A stretch of DNA of 64,000 nt, taken from an uncultured Phycisphaerales bacterium (GTDB lineage Bacteria > Planctomycetota > Phycisphaerae > Sedimentisphaerales > Anaerobacaceae). The notes beneath the pieces are model-generated. The model searched no databases. It saw only the letters and a program-made list of their open reading frames with translations, and had not been told where the DNA came from. Numbering within the stretch: the stretch's first letter is position 1; each line of letters begins with the position of its first letter. Positions 42,710 to 53,539 of the stretch are shown piece by piece. Location: contig CAVYYI010000001.1 in NCBI GenBank assembly GCA_963772725.1, forward strand, positions 864,001 to 928,000, in the 5' to 3' direction. Position numbers and translations under genes: made by a program.

Positions 42710-44008
42710 TTATTTAAGGGTTCGGTTTAATTGTCTCTGGAGGTTTTTGAGATAGTTCACTTTATTATTTCCGAGCAGGAGAATCGGGAAAGCGGTCTTA
42801 TTGTGCATTAACGGCTCATTCATATCGACGAGCTTTGCGGCTTCATCGCCGTCAGGTGTGCTGGGAATCGGCGAAAAGTCGGCGAGCATTCCTCTTATGC
42901 CCAGACTACTAACAAATCGCATCGAGGTCTCAAGTTCATGAGTACTGCAGTGGAGATGGCCGAGAATCTGATAGGCGGTGATATTTTCCGGTAAGGCGCC
43001 TGCGGCTTTAAGATATTTGACAGCGTCAGCGAGTTCATTGGGGAAAACTTTAGAGCCGGTATTCTGTTGCCGATTTTCGGAGACACTTTCAAAACCGAGA
43101 TAAAATGTTTTGAAGCCAGCCCGTACCATTAACTCGGCCAGTTCCTTTGTGATAAAGCGGGCGTTAAGAGCGTTTGGTGTGTGCAGATTAACCTTTGCAT
43201 TTCGTTTTAGAACCGCGTTTAGAAATGGAACCAGACCTTGCTCCGCGTTAAATAGTATGGCATCATCATAAAAAGCGATATTCTTGATACCGCGGCCTAA
43301 AAGCATATCAAGTTCTGCGAGAGAGCGTTCTATCGGCCTGACTTGGAATTTGCCATAGACCTTAGGCACGGAACAATAGGTGCAGCTAAATGGGAAGCCT
43401 TGCGTCAATTTCAGGACACCAACATTTAATTTATCATACACTTCCCATAACGCGGGCTGGAGAAAATCCGGCTGAATATTGAGATAATCCCAAAGCGGGT
43501 TGAGCTGCGAACCGTGAATGATTAAATCCGCTCCCATTTTTCCAGCGTGTTCCTGGCATAGGGTTACATAATTTCCGCCGAGAATTATTTTCGCATCGCC
43601 CTGTAATTTTCGTATGTCGTCTATTATTTCCCGTACGCCTGGATACCAGTACGTCATCATTGTCTGGACAAATATGTAATCGAAAGGTTTTTCGGAGGCG
43701 AGTACATCCTGAAACATTTTTTGCGGCAGGCCGAACCTCTGGAAATATCGCGGTATTTTTTCAAGGAAGGAAGGAACCGCTATTTTTTTGGCGTAAAATT
43801 GTCCCCTGTCCCACGTGTCGTGTTTCAAATCTTTTTGCGAAGCGTAAAAGGGATGGAGCCTGTCCATATAATCGAACAGCTTAAAATCCGCCCTGCCCCG
43901 TAAAAAGCCCGCAACGCTCAACAGGCCATAAGGTTTGAGCCAGAAATCGTAAGCCGCGAAATCATACACCGGCGGATTAATCAACAGAATTCTAATATCC
44001 ATAATCAT
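42710..44008 (-). CDS. B12-binding-domain radical SAM protein (first Cys of CxxxCxxC reads Phe)
   Basis: ILLINPPVYDFAAYDFW, MTYWYPG, LGGNY, GFPFSCTYC, FYDDA, LGFES. Confidence 0.82.
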   Translation of the reverse strand: MIMDIRILLINPPVYDFAAYDFWLKPYGLLSVAGFLRGRADFKLFDYMDRLHPFYASQKDLKHDTWDRGQFYAKKIAVPSFLEKIPRYFQRFGLPQKMFQDVLASEKPFDYIFVQTMMTYWYPGVREIIDDIRKLQGDAKIILGGNYVTLCQEHAGKMGADLIIHGSQLNPLWDYLNIQPDFLQPALWEVYDKLNVGVLKLTQGFPFSCTYCSVPKVYGKFQVRPIERSLAELDMLLGRGIKNIAFYDDAILFNAEQGLVPFLNAVLKRNAKVNLHTPNALNARFITKELAELMVRAGFKTFYLGFESVSENRQQNTGSKVFPNELADAVKYLKAAGALPENITAYQILGHLHCSTHELETSMRFVSSLGIRGMLADFSPIPSTPDGDEAAKLVDMNEPLMHNKTAFPILLLGNNKVNYLKNLQRQLNRTLK

Positions 44009-44143
44009 CAGCCTTGCATTAAACGGCAATAGCAGGAATCTGCAAAAAAAAGCTAAAATAATGGTATAAATTTTACAAATTTAATATACTATATAAAGCT
44101 TCGTATATAAAGAAAAAGGCTTTGTTATATTGAGTAACCCAAA

Positions 44144-45386
44144 ATGACACCAAGAGAACGGGTACTGGCGAGCATATCACATAAACAGCCGGACAAGGTG
44201 CCGATAGACCTCGGCGGGACACCAAGTTCCGGCATATCGGCTATCGCGTACGGCAATTTGAAGAAGCACCTGAAAATTGAAAAAGGTCACACCCGTATCT
44301 ACGATGTCGTTCAACAGCTTGCCCAGCCGGAAGATTTTATTCTCAACCGTTTCGATATTAGCGTTCTCGATATCGGCAGAACATTTAATACCAACGACAC
44401 TGACTGGTACGATATTACGATGGTTAACAACGCAAAGGCCCAGTATCCGGTGTGGTTTAGGCCAGCTAAACAGCCTGATGGTTCGTGGGATGCCTTTGCC
44501 AATGACGGTACGCTTGTCGCCAGGAAGCCTGCAACAGGAACATTTTTCGACCAGGCGGTATTTCCTTATATCGATGGCTACCCGACCGATTATAAGGATT
44601 TACCCAAGGCGATGAGTAAAGTGCTTTGGTCGGCGCTAGTGCATAGTCCCTGGGACCACGCCTGCGAAAAGGATTTCTGGCAGATGCTGCGGCAAAGGGC
44701 GCTGGATTTACGCGACAAAACCGACCGGGCATTGATTATTGTCGCGGGCTGCAATTTGTTTGAATGGGGTACTTTTCTTCGGCGAATGGATAATTTTCTG
44801 ATGGATTTATATACAGCGCAGGCGGATGTCGAAAAGCTGCTCGATGTCCTGATGGAACAGCACCTTGCTGTGCTTGAAAAGGTCTGCCATGCTGTGGGTG
44901 ATATCGCGGATGTTCTGCGTTTCGGCGATGACCTCGGTATGGATAACGGCCCGCTTATGTCGCCGGAGATTTACAGAAAACTTTTTAAGCCGCGCCACAC
45001 ACAATTATGTCAATATGTTAAAACGCACAGCAAAATGCACACCTTTTTGCATTCGTGCGGTTCGATATATAAACTAATGCCCGACCTCATCGAGGCGGGT
45101 TACGATATCATTAATCCGGTTCAAACCAACTGCGTTGATATGGAGCCGGAAAAACTCAAAAAAGAATTTGGCAAAGATATTGCCTTCTGGGGCGGCGAGC
45201 GATACGAGAAATGTACTGAATCGTGCCTCGTCAGCCGAGGTCAAGGCGCACGTTATCGACAGGCTGAAAATCTTTGCTCCAGGTGGTGGTTTTGTTTTCA
45301 ATACCGTTCACAATATCCTGCCGGACGTTCCACCACAAAATATTGTTGCGTTGTTTGATGCAATTAAAGAGTTTAATGGAGATTGA
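44144..45386 (+). CDS. Uroporphyrinogen decarboxylase / MtaA-CmuA family protein, frameshift near 45195
   Basis: MTPRERVL..PDKVPIDLG, FGDDLG, LHSCG, INPVQ, GGGFVFNTVHNI. Confidence 0.85.
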
Positions 45387-45387
45387 C

Positions 45388-47010
45388 ATGATGCATTGTA
45401 TTCTCGGGAAAATAAATCTTGGTGCTTTGGATATCGGCGTATTAATCGGCTATCTTGTTATCATCGTTTCGATAGGCCTGATTGCCGGGATACGCAACCG
45501 TGCGAAGTCGGAGGGCAAAGGCTATTTTCTTGCCGGTGGTAAACTCCTTTGGCCTATGATTGGACTGTCTATGTTCTCGACGAACATTTCGACGATTCAC
45601 TTAGTCAGCCAGGCACAGGAAGGCTACATGAACGGTCTTGCTTATGGAAACTTCGAATGGATGGCGCCATTTCTGCTTATTATTTTGTCTCTATTTTTCG
45701 CGCCGTTTTATCTTCGCTCAAGGGTTGCTACGCTGCCGGACTTCCTCGAAAAAAGATATAACAGAAGTTGCCGCGACTGGCTCGCCGGTCTTTCGATTCT
45801 TTCCGCTATAATTATCCATATCGGCTTTACTCTCTATACCGGTGCCGTGGTGCTGAAAGGATTGTTCGGCATCCCGATTAACTACAGCATTGTTGTTGCT
45901 GCGGTGCTTACGGGTATTTACACAACGGTAGGTGGATTATTCGCAGTGGTTGTTACTGAATCGATTGAAACCTGCGTCCTGCTTGTAGGCGCAATTCTGA
46001 TAACGACTGTCGCTTATTTTAAGGCGGGATGCTGGTCGGATATCGTCGAAAGCGTACCGGCTGTAAAACTTACGGTGCTGCGTTCTGCCAACGACCCCTC
46101 AAATCTGCCTTGGTATGCGGTATTTCTGGGCTATCCGATTATTGGTTTATGGTATTGGTGTGCCGACCAGACTATTGTTCAGCGGCTGCTTGGCGCAAAA
46201 GACGAAAATCACGCGCGAGTCGGCCCGCTTTTCGCGGGATTCATAAAGATTCTGCCTGTCTTTATTTTTGTTCTGCCTGGAACGATTTGCCTTGCGTTAA
46301 TCAACCAGGGCAAACTTCCTAAACTTGAAGATTCGAAAGACACTTACGCCTTTATGATTACCCACCTGCTTCCTGTCGGGGCAAGAGGCGTTATGGCGGC
46401 GGCGCTTATGGCCGCTCTTATCGAGCACTGTTTCCGGTGCGCTTAATTCAATCGCCACGCTTTTCAGTTACGACCTTTACAAACGCTGGCGGCCTGATAC
46501 GCCAGACCACAAATTAGTTGTAATCGGCAAAATTGCAACAGTTGTCGGGATGTTCATCGCGATTATCTGGTCGCCTTTCATCGGGCATTTTGAAAGCATT
46601 TACCAGGGCTGTTCCGCGTTGATATGCTATATCGCTCCGCCTATTACTGCGGTATTTTTCTGGGGTGTTTTCTGGAAACGCGCATCGGGTAAGCGCAACG
46701 TTTACGACCTTGTCCATCGGCTCTTTTCTCGGGCTGGTCGTATTTTTGCTCGAACTGGTTCAAAAAGGAAACCGGATGGAATGTGCCGTTTATGATGGCC
46801 ACATTTTATCTTTTCCTGATATGCTCAGCTATTCTGATAATAGTTTCATTGTTCAGCCCACATCAACATAACGAGGAAAGCGAAAAACTTGTCTGGAAAA
46901 ATCCGCTTGAAGCGTTAAAATCTCCCGGCTGGCCAGGTATCGGCAATTACAAGCTCCTCGCAGCTGTTTTGTTCGTTACAATGATTATTCTTTATATAAT
47001 TTTTGCATAA
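45388..47010 (+). CDS. Sodium:solute symporter (SGLT-like), frameshifts near 46430 and 46690-46760
   Basis: YFLAG, STNISTIH, NFEW, TLPDFLEKRY, WYWCADQTIVQRLL. Confidence 0.88.
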
Positions 47011-47030
47011 GTTAAACAGGAGTTCAAATT

Positions 47031-48152
47031 ATGACTTCAAAAGAAAGAATGTTGCGTACCTTACACAGGGGAAAACCGGACCGTTTGCCGGTAACTATTC
47101 ACCAGTGGCAACAGTATCATCTCGACACCTATATGGACGGTATGGATGCCTTATCCGCTTTTAAAGCTATTGGCATGGATGCCGCTATCCAGTATTTTGA
47201 GGCGATGGGACAGTTTTGGATTCCTAACGCTGAGAAATATATCGTCCAGACTCCACAGTGGAAAGAAGAAATTGAGGTAATTAACGGCGATCCTCAAAAT
47301 AAACTTCTGCATCATACTATTACTACGCCGGATGGAAAACTTACCTATAAAACAGGCGGGAACCTCACTACGACATGGATAACTGAATATCTTATAAAAA
47401 ACCACGATGACATCGACCTGATAGATAAATATATGCCTGTTGCGAAACTCAACAAGAAGAAGATTTCCGCCGCTTACGATGAAATTCGTGACGCTGGAAT
47501 TCTGCGAGGCTTTGTCTGGGGCGACCAGGCCGGCTGCTGGCAGCACGCCTGCTGTCTTATCGACGTCCAGCAGCTTATTATGGAAACCTTCGACAATCCC
47601 GACTGGGTGCATCGTCTTATGCGCATTTTGCTGAATAAGAAGCTGCGGTTCATAGAGGAATCTTTGACCGGTGCGAAATTTGACCTTATTGAAACGGGCG
47701 GCGGCGCCGCGAGCGATACGGTTATTTCTCCAAAGCTTCATCGCGAATTCTGTATGCCTTATGACAGGGAAATGCACAGGGCATTGCATAAACACGGTTT
47801 AATCTCCACATATCACACCTGCGGCGGTATGATAAATATCCTCGATTTGATTATCGAAAACGAAACGGATGTCTCTGAAACACTCGCACCGCCAAGTGTG
47901 GGCGGCAATATCATCGAACCTGAAAAAGTCCGGGAAAAATTCAAGGGTAAAGTCGCGATGATAGGCGGTATGGACCAGTTCAATGTTCTTACCAACGGCA
48001 CAAAACAGCAGATAGTAAATGAGGTAAACCGGCTGTTCGAGGGTTTTGGGAAAGATGGCGGATATATTCTCGCGGCTTCCGACCATTTCTTTGACGCACC
48101 GGCTGAAAATCTAAGGATATTTGCTGACGCCGCCAAACAATGCAGATATTAA
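47031..48152 (+). CDS. Uroporphyrinogen decarboxylase / MtaA-CmuA family protein
   Basis: MTSKERML..PDRLPV, YHTCGG, MIGGMDQ, GGYILAASDH. Confidence 0.85.
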   Translation: MTSKERMLRTLHRGKPDRLPVTIHQWQQYHLDTYMDGMDALSAFKAIGMDAAIQYFEAMGQFWIPNAEKYIVQTPQWKEEIEVINGDPQNKLLHHTITTPDGKLTYKTGGNLTTTWITEYLIKNHDDIDLIDKYMPVAKLNKKKISAAYDEIRDAGILRGFVWGDQAGCWQHACCLIDVQQLIMETFDNPDWVHRLMRILLNKKLRFIEESLTGAKFDLIETGGGAASDTVISPKLHREFCMPYDREMHRALHKHGLISTYHTCGGMINILDLIIENETDVSETLAPPSVGGNIIEPEKVREKFKGKVAMIGGMDQFNVLTNGTKQQIVNEVNRLFEGFGKDGGYILAASDHFFDAPAENLRIFADAAKQCRY

Positions 48153-48316
48153 AACAGGTCTCGACAGCTAAAAACAGAGCAATCAAAATCTGAATTTTGT
48201 CCGCATTTTAAACGTCAATTTACTTGACCAACGGTCTTATTTCGTTTTTAATACCTCCCTGAACTCAGTGTTAATCTGTGTAAATCCGTGTCTAAAAAGT
48301 AAAAGGGATAAAAAAG

Positions 48317-49504
48317 ATGAAAGTCAGTAAAAGAGCGATGGAAGTGCCGCCTTCGGCGACTATGGCGGTTGATTCAAGATTCAAACAGCTAAAAGCCCAG
48401 GGCATCAACGTAATTGGTTTCGGCGCTGGCGAACCGGATTTCGACACGCCGGACTACATTAAAAATGCCGCTATCGAGGCAATAAAAGCCGGTCAGACAA
48501 AATATACCGCGACACCGGGAATAATCGAACTGCGAACGGCAATCGCCAACAAACTACAGAGGGAAAACGGGCTGAATTATACCCCACAGCAGGTTATCGT
48601 GAATATCGGCGCAAAGCATTCTATTTATGAGGCGATGCAGGCTGTTCTCGAACCGGGCGATGAAGTTATTCTACCCGCGCCATACTGGGTGACGTATCCT
48701 GAAACGATAAAACTTGCTGGCGCAAAGGCAAAAATTATTAACACCGACAATTCCACCGACTACAAAATCACACCCAAACAGTTGAAAAAAGCTATTAAGA
48801 AAAAGACTGTGATGCTCGTGGTTAACTCACCAAACAATCCCGGCGGTTTTACGTATAGCCCTGAAGAACTTGCCGCCCTGGCGGAAGTCCTTGTCGGTAC
48901 AAATGTAATGGTGCTTTCGGACGAAATTTATGAAAAGCTTGTGTACGGCAATACTAAATTCGTAAGCTTTGCATCCCTTAGCCAGGACGCTTATAACAGG
49001 ACGATTACTGTCAATGGTTTCAGCAAGGCCTTTTCAATGACGGGCTGGCGCCTTGGTTATACCGCAGGCCCCAAAGACGTAATAGATGCGATGGAAAGGC
49101 TTCAATCTCACATGACGCAGAATCCAGTGTCGTTTGTTCAAAGAGCTGCCGTTGCCGCCCTTAATGAACCCAGTGACGCCGTTGAAAAAATGCGTGCCGA
49201 ATTCGAACGACGCGGGAAATATATGGCAGAAAGATTAAATAATATGACCGGTGTTGTATGTTCCGAACCAACGGGAGCATTTTATTGTTTTCCCGATGTT
49301 TCCAGCCATTTCGGCAGAAATATGAATGGCGTTAAAATTACCGGCAGTATGGATTTTTCGAAGGTACTTTTAGAGCATGGCAATGTCGCTTTGGTACCGG
49401 GACTGCCTTTCGGATGCGATAACAACGTGCGACTCAGTTTTGCCACCTCGCTTGAGCAGATAACAAAGGGGCTGGATAGACTGGAACAATGGCTGAAACA
49501 GTAA
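48317..49504 (+). CDS. Class I PLP-dependent aminotransferase (aspartate aminotransferase type)
   Basis: GEPDF, NSPNNPGG, SDEIY, GFSKAFSMTGWRLG, VRLSFA. Confidence 0.93.
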   Translation: MKVSKRAMEVPPSATMAVDSRFKQLKAQGINVIGFGAGEPDFDTPDYIKNAAIEAIKAGQTKYTATPGIIELRTAIANKLQRENGLNYTPQQVIVNIGAKHSIYEAMQAVLEPGDEVILPAPYWVTYPETIKLAGAKAKIINTDNSTDYKITPKQLKKAIKKKTVMLVVNSPNNPGGFTYSPEELAALAEVLVGTNVMVLSDEIYEKLVYGNTKFVSFASLSQDAYNRTITVNGFSKAFSMTGWRLGYTAGPKDVIDAMERLQSHMTQNPVSFVQRAAVAALNEPSDAVEKMRAEFERRGKYMAERLNNMTGVVCSEPTGAFYCFPDVSSHFGRNMNGVKITGSMDFSKVLLEHGNVALVPGLPFGCDNNVRLSFATSLEQITKGLDRLEQWLKQ

Positions 49505-49726
49505 CGTCGTTAAAGAAAATGCATTATTTGTACGCACCATAAGTTAGCGGCTGATTTTTTTATTTTTTTAACTTTTCTGCCAACACTTATAGGGCTGGTT
49601 CGTCTAACTATTAAGTTCAGACAATAAAACATTGTTTATATTGCTGTTTAAAGACGATAAATCATTATTAAACAGAATTGCATTTTTTTATTGAACTTAT
49701 TCTAATAAATAGGATAAATTACAATA

Positions 49727-52069
49727 ATGGCTGATACAATAAGTGAACCGTTAGTAAAAAAAGAACGTGAGGCACTGTCCGGCTGGCCTATGATATTAGG
49801 CTGGGTGGCAATGCTGATTTTTGCTCTGCACGCCAGTACACACATGGTCGGTGCGGGCGATACTTGGGTCGCGATGGCCTGCGGAAGGCATTTTATAAAT
49901 CACGGTGTCAATACCGTTGAGCCGTTCAGCGCAAACTCGCATAAGGCTGGCCCCACCGTCGAAGAGGTTAAAGCCTGGCCTGAATGGGCGCAGTGGATTA
50001 CCGACAAGGTGGGTATCGAAACCGTCAGGCACTGGCATCCTACCGGATGGATAAATCAAAATTGGCTTACCCATGTTATTTTTTACTGGCTTGCAGAGTT
50101 GTCACCATTTGCAGATGCGCAATCTCTTTCCTTCAACACTCTTGTTTACTGGAAGTTCGCTGTTTACATCCTTACGATTATATGCGTCTATTATACCAGC
50201 CGCATTTTAGGTGTTAATCCCGCCCTGGCAGCGGTGTTTTCATGTTTTGCCTTATTTGTTGGCCGAAGCTTTTTCGATATTCGGCCGGCGGGTTTCTCGA
50301 ATCTCTCCGTAGCGGTATTTCTACTGATACTCGTCCTGACGACATATCGGAATATACTTTATATATGGCTTATCGTTCCCTTATCTGTTTTATGGTGCAA
50401 TTTGCATGGCGGTTACATATATGTTTTCATAATGCTTGCGCCTTTTATCATGTTTAATCTTTTAACTTGTGCCGCGAAAAAAAGATTTGTCTCTATCAGG
50501 CTAAAAGGTATATATCATACTCTCGCTGCCGGCTTCGTAGCCTTCATTGCTGTAATAGTATTAAATCCCTTTCATTTGACAAACCTGACACATACTTTTA
50601 TTATCAGTATCGATAAACACGCTGAAATGTGGCGTAATGTTAATGAATGGCACCCCGCCTTTGAATTCAGCAATCCGGTGGGTGATTCGAGACCGTTTTT
50701 GATTATGTTTATAATCGGCTGTGTGCTGATTGTCGCATGGAATGTGGTATTATTATTCACCAATGGTTTTATTAACAGTATTCGCCAGCCCAAAAAGAAA
50801 CCGGTTAACACCAGTGAATATTCGCTGCCTAAAATTGATTTGGCGCTGATTATCATAGCCGCTTTGACAATTTATATGGCCATCAAATCCAGAAGGTTCA
50901 TACCGATTGCCGCTATTGTAGCATGTCCCGTTATCGCTATGTTTATAGACCAGATTATACGCTCAATTTCTGCGTTTCTGAACTTCAAGGAGTTTGGTCG
51001 CTTTACTGTTCCCTCAATGCCCAGAGTTTTTCAGCTCTCATTAACTGCCTGCGGCGCTGCCGCGGTACTTATTTTCGGCCTGTGGTGGGGTTATAAATTC
51101 AAGGTTGTTTATCTTGACCCCTGGCCGGACGATACAAGATTAACATCAGTATTTATGAGAATGACCGCCTCACATGTTAAACCGTTTGCTGCCTGTCAGT
51201 TCATTAGGGATAACAAACTGGCCGGAAATATGTTTAACTACTGGACCGAGGGCGGATTTATCGCCTGGGGACAGAATCCCGACCCTGTTACAGGGCGTAC
51301 CCCCCTGCAATTGTTTATGGACGGCAGAGCACAGGCAGCTTATAAACCTGAAGCCTACATCGACTGGTCAAATATTATGGCGGGAGGACCGGTATTTGAG
51401 GCTGCACAGTTGAGAAGACTCCCGCTTACGGAAGCTAATTATAGAGACATCGGCGTATGGATTGACGGTCAGATGAAAAAACACAATGTTTGGGTTATCT
51501 TAATGCCAATTAATCAATTTGACTCAAGTTTTGTAAAAGGGCTTGAAACCAGACAGAACTGGCCGATTGTCTTTGTCAATAACAAGGAAAAATTATACGT
51601 TGATATCAATACACCGCAGGGCAAAAACCTTTTCGAGGGCATATTAAATGGCAGCGTTGTTTATCCGGACCAGTTCAGTAAAAATCTTATCTTGGCGCAT
51701 AACACCATTTTATACGGTTCATCCCAGCAGGATAGAAAGGAAGGCCTTGATTTTGCCATTAAAGCCTTTGAATTTGAACCTTCGCAGGCTCCTGTACAGC
51801 AGATAATATTTGCTACTCGATTCCCGGAGCTGCGCGGTACCCTCACAAAATTCTGTGAAGATTACGTCAGAACTTTTGAACAGAAAAAAGGCCAGTGGGC
51901 CATGCAGGATGGTTATAATAATAAAATTATCGCCGCGCTTCATGCTGTAAATTATCTGCAAAAACTCGCTAAGCTTCAGGAAAATGTCAAACTTGATGAA
52001 GATTATACGGAGAAGAGAAACCGATATGAAAAAGAGCGTGCGCAATTGCTCGAAACAAAAAGGTGGTGA
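49727..52069 (+). CDS. Large multi-pass membrane protein, GT-C-glycosyltransferase-like
   Basis: About 11-12 TM; GDTWVAMACGR, RP..FS, LWCNLHGGY, VNEW, SRRF, FMDGRA. Confidence 0.55.
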   Translation: MADTISEPLVKKEREALSGWPMILGWVAMLIFALHASTHMVGAGDTWVAMACGRHFINHGVNTVEPFSANSHKAGPTVEEVKAWPEWAQWITDKVGIETVRHWHPTGWINQNWLTHVIFYWLAELSPFADAQSLSFNTLVYWKFAVYILTIICVYYTSRILGVNPALAAVFSCFALFVGRSFFDIRPAGFSNLSVAVFLLILVLTTYRNILYIWLIVPLSVLWCNLHGGYIYVFIMLAPFIMFNLLTCAAKKRFVSIRLKGIYHTLAAGFVAFIAVIVLNPFHLTNLTHTFIISIDKHAEMWRNVNEWHPAFEFSNPVGDSRPFLIMFIIGCVLIVAWNVVLLFTNGFINSIRQPKKKPVNTSEYSLPKIDLALIIIAALTIYMAIKSRRFIPIAAIVACPVIAMFIDQIIRSISAFLNFKEFGRFTVPSMPRVFQLSLTACGAAAVLIFGLWWGYKFKVVYLDPWPDDTRLTSVFMRMTASHVKPFAACQFIRDNKLAGNMFNYWTEGGFIAWGQNPDPVTGRTPLQLFMDGRAQAAYKPEAYIDWSNIMAGGPVFEAAQLRRLPLTEANYRDIGVWIDGQMKKHNVWVILMPINQFDSSFVKGLETRQNWPIVFVNNKEKLYVDINTPQGKNLFEGILNGSVVYPDQFSKNLILAHNTILYGSSQQDRKEGLDFAIKAFEFEPSQAPVQQIIFATRFPELRGTLTKFCEDYVRTFEQKKGQWAMQDGYNNKIIAALHAVNYLQKLAKLQENVKLDEDYTEKRNRYEKERAQLLETKRW

Positions 52070-52072
52070 TTT

Positions 52073-52819
52073 GTGACAAACTATGTGTCACCTGCTGGAA
52101 ACTCCCAGGCCAATACCGAAGGGGCTGTCTCTATCAGCGTTTTTTTTCCCTGTTATAATGAAGAAGGCAATGTCGCCCGCACGACTGAAAAAGCCCTGGC
52201 TGTTCTCAATGAAATTGGGGCTGATTATGAAGTAATTATTGTTGACGATGGCAGTTGGGACGCTACCGGCAGAATCGCAGATGAAATCGCAGCGAAAAAC
52301 CCGCGAGTAAAAGTTGTTCATCATCCAACCAATCTCGGTTATGGGGCTGCCCTGCAGTCTGGTTTCCGTGCCGCGGGGAAAAACCTTGTTTTTTATACTG
52401 ATGGTGATGGCCAGTTCGATATAAAGGAAATGCCTCCGCTGCTGCCTTTGATAAGGCAATACGATATTGTGAGCTGTTACCGAATTAATCGCCAGGATAA
52501 TCTTATTCGAAAATTCAACGGCTGGGGCTGGACAAGGCTTAGCTGTATCCTCTTTGGAATGAACGTCAGGGATGTTGATTGCGCCTTTAAGCTCTACAAG
52601 AGGGAAATTTTTGACCATATTACAATGTCCAGTTCCGGGGCATTGATTGACACAGAAATCCTCGCACGCGCTCAGCGTAAGGGTTATACGATTACTCAGC
52701 GGGGTGTGCATCACTATCCGCGAACAGCCGGTAAACAAACCGGCGCAAACTTAAAAGTCATCTTCCGTGCTTTTAAAGAACTTTTCAAACTCTATAACCG
52801 TATCCGAAAAGAAGGCTGA
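52073..52819 (+). CDS. GT2 glycosyltransferase (polyprenol-phosphate glycosyltransferase-like)
   Basis: FPCYNEE, VDDGS, NLGYGAAL, TDGDGQFD, DVDCAFK. Confidence 0.9.
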   Translation: MTNYVSPAGNSQANTEGAVSISVFFPCYNEEGNVARTTEKALAVLNEIGADYEVIIVDDGSWDATGRIADEIAAKNPRVKVVHHPTNLGYGAALQSGFRAAGKNLVFYTDGDGQFDIKEMPPLLPLIRQYDIVSCYRINRQDNLIRKFNGWGWTRLSCILFGMNVRDVDCAFKLYKREIFDHITMSSSGALIDTEILARAQRKGYTITQRGVHHYPRTAGKQTGANLKVIFRAFKELFKLYNRIRKEG

Positions 52820-52872
52820 ACAGCTTAACTCGCATATTTCACCGCGGAGAACGCAAAGTAATTTGGAGGTAA

Positions 52873-53539
52873 CTGAAAATCGAATTTGAGGCAATATTGT
52901 TCGACCTTGACGGTACGCTGCTGGATACGCTTACCGATTTGGCTAATTCAATGAATTCTGCGCTGGCAGAGATGGGCTTTCCCATTCATCCCGTTGACGC
53001 ATATCGTTATTTCGTAGGAGATGGCATAGAGGACGAGGCAAGGCGTGCCACTGCCTGAAAATCATAAGGATAGCGGGACGATAAGCAAATGTGTCGCTAT
53101 TTCAAAAGAACACTACGCACAACACTGGGCTGACCACACAAGGCCTTATCCGGGTATTTCGGAACTGCTCGATGCCGTAGAAAAACGAAATATGGCGATG
53201 ACGGTGCTGTCTAATAAGCCGGATGAATTTACGCAGGTGATGGTTAAAAAGCTGCTTCCTGAACGCGGATTCAAGATAGTTCGCGGCGTAAGTCCTTCTG
53301 TGCGAAAAAAGCCCGACCCTGCCGGCACGCTGCAAATCGCTGGAGAACTTTCGATACCGCCTGAGCGATTCCTGTATCTCGGAGATACGAACACGGATAT
53401 GCAGACCGCAAACGCGGCGGGCATGTACGCGGTCGGAGCATTGTGGGGCTTTCGCACAGCAGATGAACTCATAGCAAACGGCGCAAAAGTGCTCGTGAAA
53501 ACGCCTCTTGATGTATTGGAAATTATCGAAGGAATATGA
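52873..53539 (+). CDS. HAD-family hydrolase (phosphoglycolate-phosphatase-like), frameshift near 53045; start uncertain
   Basis: LFDLDGTLLDT upstream of the called ORF; LSNK, KKPDP, YLGDTNTD. Confidence 0.8.

Noticed and set aside
44144..48152. hemE haem-biosynthesis genes
   Set aside because: They lack the HemE RQAGR motif, carry HxC motifs and flank a transporter.
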